Positions 40,798 through 43,962 of a DNA stretch of 43,962 bases are shown here, one piece after another. Position numbers and translations under genes: made by a program. The stretch is from Gaiellales bacterium (GTDB lineage Bacteria; Actinomycetota; Thermoleophilia; Gaiellales; F1-60-MAGs149). Location of the stretch: the NCBI GenBank assembly GCA_049433345.1, contig JBMTER010000001.1, forward strand, positions 1 to 43,962, given 5' to 3'. The notes beneath the pieces were generated by a model, which saw only the letters and a program-made list of their open reading frames with translations, ran no database searches and had not been told where the DNA came from. The number at the start of each line of letters is the position of its first letter. Position 1 is the first letter of the stretch.

Positions 40798-41219
40798 GCG
40801 GCCGCGACTACGCTCCGCGCATGGATGGCGCACAGGCGATCGAGGAGGCCCTCGCGGATCTGCCACCGCAGGAGCGGATGCGCGCGGCTGCGGTGGTGCT
40901 GGTCGACCGCGTCGCCGACGCGCTGCAGCTCGACGAGGACGAGCTGAACGCCGCGTCCCGTCGCGGCCTGCTGCTCGCCGCCGCGGAGGGCAACCCGGCG
41001 GAGTCGTCCGGCCTCGGCTCGCGCGCGGCGCTCGAGACGGCGGCGGATCTCGCCACCGATGGCTACGGGCCGCAGCTGGCCGCGGCACTCGTGGCCCTGC
41101 GCGACGGCGTCCCCGCCGACTGCCCGCTGGTGGCCGCCGCGGTCGCCGAGCTCGCCCTCGACGAGCACGTCGCGCTCGAGGCGCTCGCCGTCGTCGTCCT
41201 GCATCGCGCCCTCGGCTGA
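40794..41219 (+). CDS. hypothetical acidic Ala/Leu-rich protein
   Basis: The start is TTG 40794 (TTGA overlap with the regulator stop) or ATG 40821. Third-position G+C is consistently high. No family was recognised. It is sandwiched with minimal gaps between the response regulator and the OCD-like gene. Confidence 0.45.
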   Translation: MSGRDYAPRMDGAQAIEEALADLPPQERMRAAAVVLVDRVADALQLDEDELNAASRRGLLLAAAEGNPAESSGLGSRAALETAADLATDGYGPQLAAALVALRDGVPADCPLVAAAVAELALDEHVALEALAVVVLHRALG

Positions 41220-41220
41220 T

Positions 41221-42105
41221 ATGACCGTGCGCGACCCGGCCAAGGCCATCGCCCGCCTCAAGGACGCGGTGGTGCGCGACCTCGTCGAGGAGGTGCTGTC
41301 GCGTGCCTCCGACCCGTTTGACGATCCGCCTGCGCCGCAGCGCGTGCTGCGCGGCGACGCCTGGACGGGCGTCGTGACCACGGTCGACCCGGACGGCTGG
41401 CGGGCGGTGCTGGTCACCGCCGGCGGCCGGCGCAGCGCCTCCCGCAGCTGCACCCTGATCGATCCGGAGGGCGCGGTGGTCTGCGCGTTCCCGGCGGACG
41501 CCGTCGCGTGTCGCGTGACCGCCGCCGCCGCGGGTCTGGCCGCACCGCGGATCACCCGCCCGGGACCCGTACGCGTCGCGTTGCTGGGTGCCGGACCGGT
41601 GGGGCTGGGCTGCCTCGCCGCGGTCCGCGCGTCCATCGAGGTGGCCGACGTGCGCCTGCATGATCCCGACCCCGCCGTCCTCGAGGCCGCCGCCGGACAG
41701 GGCGAGGCGCGGTCGGACGGGCAGTCCGCCGTCCGCGACGCCGATCTCGTGATCACCGCGACGAGCGCGCGCGATCCGGTCCTGCGGGCCGACTGGGTCG
41801 CCGAGGGTGCGGCCGTGATCGCCGCCGGAGCCGACCGGCCCGGCCGCCGCGAGCTGGACTACCGGCTGATCGCGGAGGCCTCGTTCGTCGCCTGCGACGC
41901 GCCCCGCATCGCGCGCGCGCTCGCCGACGACCTTCGTGACTGCGTCGCCGAGGGGCATCTCGATTGGCAGGAGGTGACGCCGCTCGGGATGGTGCTGCGC
42001 GGCGAGGCCGACGCGCGCGTGGCGGACGATGACCTGATCGTCGTCAAGCTGATCGATCCCGCGCCTGCCGTCCTTGCGGCTGCGCGGCGTGCGATCGCGC
42101 GCTGA
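41221..42105 (+). CDS. ornithine cyclodeaminase/mu-crystallin family NAD(P)-binding protein
   Basis: ATG 41221 lies 1 nt after the preceding stop, within ORF 41059..42105. It has the Rossmann motif LLGAGPVGLG and the OCD-like block DLVITATSARDPVLRADWVAEGAAVIAAGADRPGRRELD. Confidence 0.6.
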   Translation: MTVRDPAKAIARLKDAVVRDLVEEVLSRASDPFDDPPAPQRVLRGDAWTGVVTTVDPDGWRAVLVTAGGRRSASRSCTLIDPEGAVVCAFPADAVACRVTAAAAGLAAPRITRPGPVRVALLGAGPVGLGCLAAVRASIEVADVRLHDPDPAVLEAAAGQGEARSDGQSAVRDADLVITATSARDPVLRADWVAEGAAVIAAGADRPGRRELDYRLIAEASFVACDAPRIARALADDLRDCVAEGHLDWQEVTPLGMVLRGEADARVADDDLIVVKLIDPAPAVLAAARRAIAR

Positions 42106-42130
42106 GACGAGCCGGTTGCCCGTGCGGGGG

Positions 42131-42367
42131 TCAGGCCTCGTCGATCATGCGGCGCATCTCGGCGATGATGTCGTCGCCGACGGCCCGCGTGACCTCCGGA
42201 TGGTCGAGGATGTGGTCGTGCGCCCCGCCCTCGGTGCGGTCGGTGACGTACGAGTCCTGCAGGACGTCGTGCAGGTGACGTCCGGCGTTGACCTCGCGCA
42301 GCACGTGCTGCACGGCCTCCTCCTCACGATGCTGCGGGCTGGGCGGGATGACGTCGTCGTCGCTCAT
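42131..42367 (-). CDS. hypothetical small acidic/His-rich protein (78 aa)
   Basis: ATG 42365-42367 starts the last 78 codons of ORF 42131..43063 (MSDDDVIPPSPQHREEEAVQHVLREV...IIAEMRRMIDEA). Third-position G+C is high. The longer upstream ORF is antisense to the MqnA/D-like gene and looks spurious. Confidence 0.45.
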   Translation of the reverse strand: MSDDDVIPPSPQHREEEAVQHVLREVNAGRHLHDVLQDSYVTDRTEGGAHDHILDHPEVTRAVGDDIIAEMRRMIDEA

Positions 42368-42436
42368 GGGCCGTAGCGTAGCGGCGCCCGAAGGAGGTCG
42401 GTGATACGCTCGCGCGTCCCCTCCCCGAGGAGTCCG

Positions 42437-43264
42437 ATGCAGGTCCGCGTGGGGCACAGCCCCGATCCCGATGACGCCTTCATGGTCTGGGCGATCGCCG
42501 AGCGCGCGTTCGACCTGCGCGGGTTCGAGATCGAGCTCGTGCCGGCCGATATCCAGACCCTCAACGCGTGGGCTGCGGAGGGCCGCCTGGAGGCGACCGC
42601 CATGTCGGTCGGTGCCTATCCCGGCGTGCAGGACCGCTACCGCCTGCTCGGCCACGGCGCATCGCTCGGCGAGGGCTACGGCCCGGTGGTGATCGCCCGC
42701 GAGCCGACCGCTCCGGCCGATCTCGCCGGCTCCCGCGTCGCGGTGCCCGGCCCGCAGACGACGGCGTTCCTGAGCGCGCGCCTCGCCCTGCCGGCGTTCG
42801 AGCCGGTGCAGCTCGACTTCGAGCGCATCATGGAGGCGGTTCGCGCGGGCGAGGTCGCGGCCGGCGTCGTCATCCACGAGGGCCAGTTGACGTGGCAGCA
42901 GGAGGGCTTCAGCCGCGTGCTCGACCTGGGCGCGTGGTGGGAGGGCGAGACGGGTCTGCCGCTGCCCCTCGGCGCGGTGGCGATGCGCCGCGACGTGCCG
43001 GAGGATCGGGCCGCGGACCTCTCCGCCGTGCTCCGCGAGGCCGTTGCCGTCGGCATGGGGCACCGCGAGGAGGCGCTCGCCTACGCGATCGAGTACGGCC
43101 GCGGCATCGCGCCGGAGCTCAACGACCGCTTCGTGGCGATGTACGTCAACGAGCTGACACTCGACTACGGCGAGCGCGGACGCGCGGCCGTGCGCGCGCT
43201 GCTGGAGCGCGGCGAGGCGGCCGGGCTGGTGCCGGGCCCCGTGCGGCTCGACTTCCTGGCCTGA
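42437..43264 (+). CDS. MqnA/MqnD-family (VitK2_biosynth, periplasmic-binding-protein-like fold) menaquinone/futalosine-pathway-type protein
   Basis: ATG 42437 is preceded by GAGGAG, within ORF 42401..43264. The N-terminal VGHSPDPDDAFMVWA and the later DIQTLN...GASLGEGYGPVVIA and VVIHEGQLT blocks match what I recall for this family. This is a family-level call only. Confidence 0.65.
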   Translation: MQVRVGHSPDPDDAFMVWAIAERAFDLRGFEIELVPADIQTLNAWAAEGRLEATAMSVGAYPGVQDRYRLLGHGASLGEGYGPVVIAREPTAPADLAGSRVAVPGPQTTAFLSARLALPAFEPVQLDFERIMEAVRAGEVAAGVVIHEGQLTWQQEGFSRVLDLGAWWEGETGLPLPLGAVAMRRDVPEDRAADLSAVLREAVAVGMGHREEALAYAIEYGRGIAPELNDRFVAMYVNELTLDYGERGRAAVRALLERGEAAGLVPGPVRLDFLA

Positions 43265-43738
43265 TCAGGCCGGGGTGGAGGCCGTCTCGGCCTCGAGGAT
43301 CCGCTTCGTCGCGGCCTGCCGCTCGACGAACGAGCGTTCCATCAGGTGCCGCGCGATCGGCGCGGCGAGCCGGCCGGCCGGGCCGCCGGGAAGCTCCCAC
43401 TCGATGCGGTCGGTGAGGACCGTCCCGCCGCCGGGGGCGGGGGCGAAGCGGTGCTCGTGCCGGAAGCGCGCGAAGGGGCCCTTCAGGAGCTCGTCGACGA
43501 CCAGCACGGGCTCGGCCACCTCGGTGATGCGGACGCGCCAGTTCTGGACGCCGGGCAGCGGCTTCATGCGGACGTTGAGCTCGACCTCGCCGCCCTCCGA
43601 GAGCGGGAACTCGCCGACGATCGACACGAACTCCTGCCCCTTGCTGGCGATGCGGGCGGCGTTGCGGGTGTCGAGGTGGAAGGCGAACACGTCGCCGATG
43701 GGGGCGTGGATCTCGATGGAGCGCTCGAAGACGGGCAT
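43265..43738 (-). CDS. SRPBCC (START/polyketide cyclase-dehydrase-like) family protein
   Basis: 157-aa ORF with typical SRPBCC features: the N-terminus FERSIEIHAPIGDVFAFHLD and the later GPFARFRHEHRF block. Confidence 0.78.
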   Translation of the reverse strand: MPVFERSIEIHAPIGDVFAFHLDTRNAARIASKGQEFVSIVGEFPLSEGGEVELNVRMKPLPGVQNWRVRITEVAEPVLVVDELLKGPFARFRHEHRFAPAPGGGTVLTDRIEWELPGGPAGRLAAPIARHLMERSFVERQAATKRILEAETASTPA

Positions 43739-43758
43739 GGCCTGCCTATCGCGGAGGC

Positions 43759-43962
43759 TCAGGCGACGGCCGACAGGCGCCGCGCCCGCACGAGCACGCG
43801 ATGGGCGCTCGCCCCGGTGTACTCGACGCCGACCCAGCCGTCGTCCGCGTGCGCGGGCAGCGCGGTCTCCGACCAGGCTCGTCGCGCCTCGCCCCGGCTG
43901 AGGTCCCAGCCGGCGGCGGGCAGCGCGCTCGCGGCCTGCGCCGGCCGCTCGCGAGCGGCCGC
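43759..43962 (-). CDS. hypothetical protein, C-terminal fragment (5' end beyond window)
   Basis: My translation of the reverse complement is open to the window edge. It ends ...WDLSRGEARRAWSETALPAHADDGWVGVEYTGASAHRVLVRARRLSAVA with a TGA stop at 43759-43761. Third-position G+C is high. No family was recognised. Confidence 0.3.
   Translation of the reverse strand, partial: AAARERPAQAASALPAAGWDLSRGEARRAWSETALPAHADDGWVGVEYTGASAHRVLVRARRLSAVA

Overview
This very G+C-rich window is the chromosomal replication-origin neighbourhood of a high-GC Gram-positive-type bacterium. It looks Actinomycetota-like, possibly a deep-branching class, but the taxon cannot be verified from the sequence alone. All calls come from reading the ORF translations and the DNA by eye; no searches were run. 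Start codons are often GTG/TTG and should be treated as +/- a few codons.

Gene content, left to right:
- Minus strand: jag(partial)-yidC-yidD-rnpA-rpmH. It diverges from dnaA-dnaN-recF-DUF721(DciA-like)-gyrB-gyrA on the plus strand.
- DnaA-box clusters lie upstream of dnaA and, more densely, between dnaA and dnaN (candidate oriC plus an AT-richer unwinding element).
- A chagasin-family lipoprotein, an SPFH/stomatin protein and birA.
- birA diverges from a tightly packed fatty-acid synthesis operon, fabZ-fabH-fabD-fabG-fabF-accD-accA, with no acpP.
- The most interesting locus (19785-25340, minus strand) is a clear cobalamin riboswitch driving a six-gene, translationally coupled operon. Its genes are two secreted DUF4430 (transcobalamin-C-terminal-like) proteins, ECF T component, fused double ECF ATPase, an ECF S-component-like membrane protein, and a secreted prenyltransferase-like alpha/alpha-toroid protein. 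I interpret this as a poorly characterised B12-capture/uptake system whose extracellular parts resemble a split transcobalamin.
- Housekeeping or accessory genes follow: gamma-glutamyltransferase family, MrfA-like DEXH helicase with DUF1998 coupled to pheA, thiL, a large L,D-transpeptidase, polyprenol-phosphate mannosyltransferase and PolX-PHP.
- A LacI regulator with tandem palindromic operators, a VanW/G5 protein, and a LytS/LytTR two-component pair followed by a small acidic protein and an OCD/mu-crystallin homologue.
- An MqnA/MqnD-family protein and an SRPBCC protein.

No rRNA, tRNA, CRISPR array, transposase or integrase was seen. The many long Arg/Ala/Gly-rich ORFs on opposite strands or in alternative frames are GC-driven artefacts.
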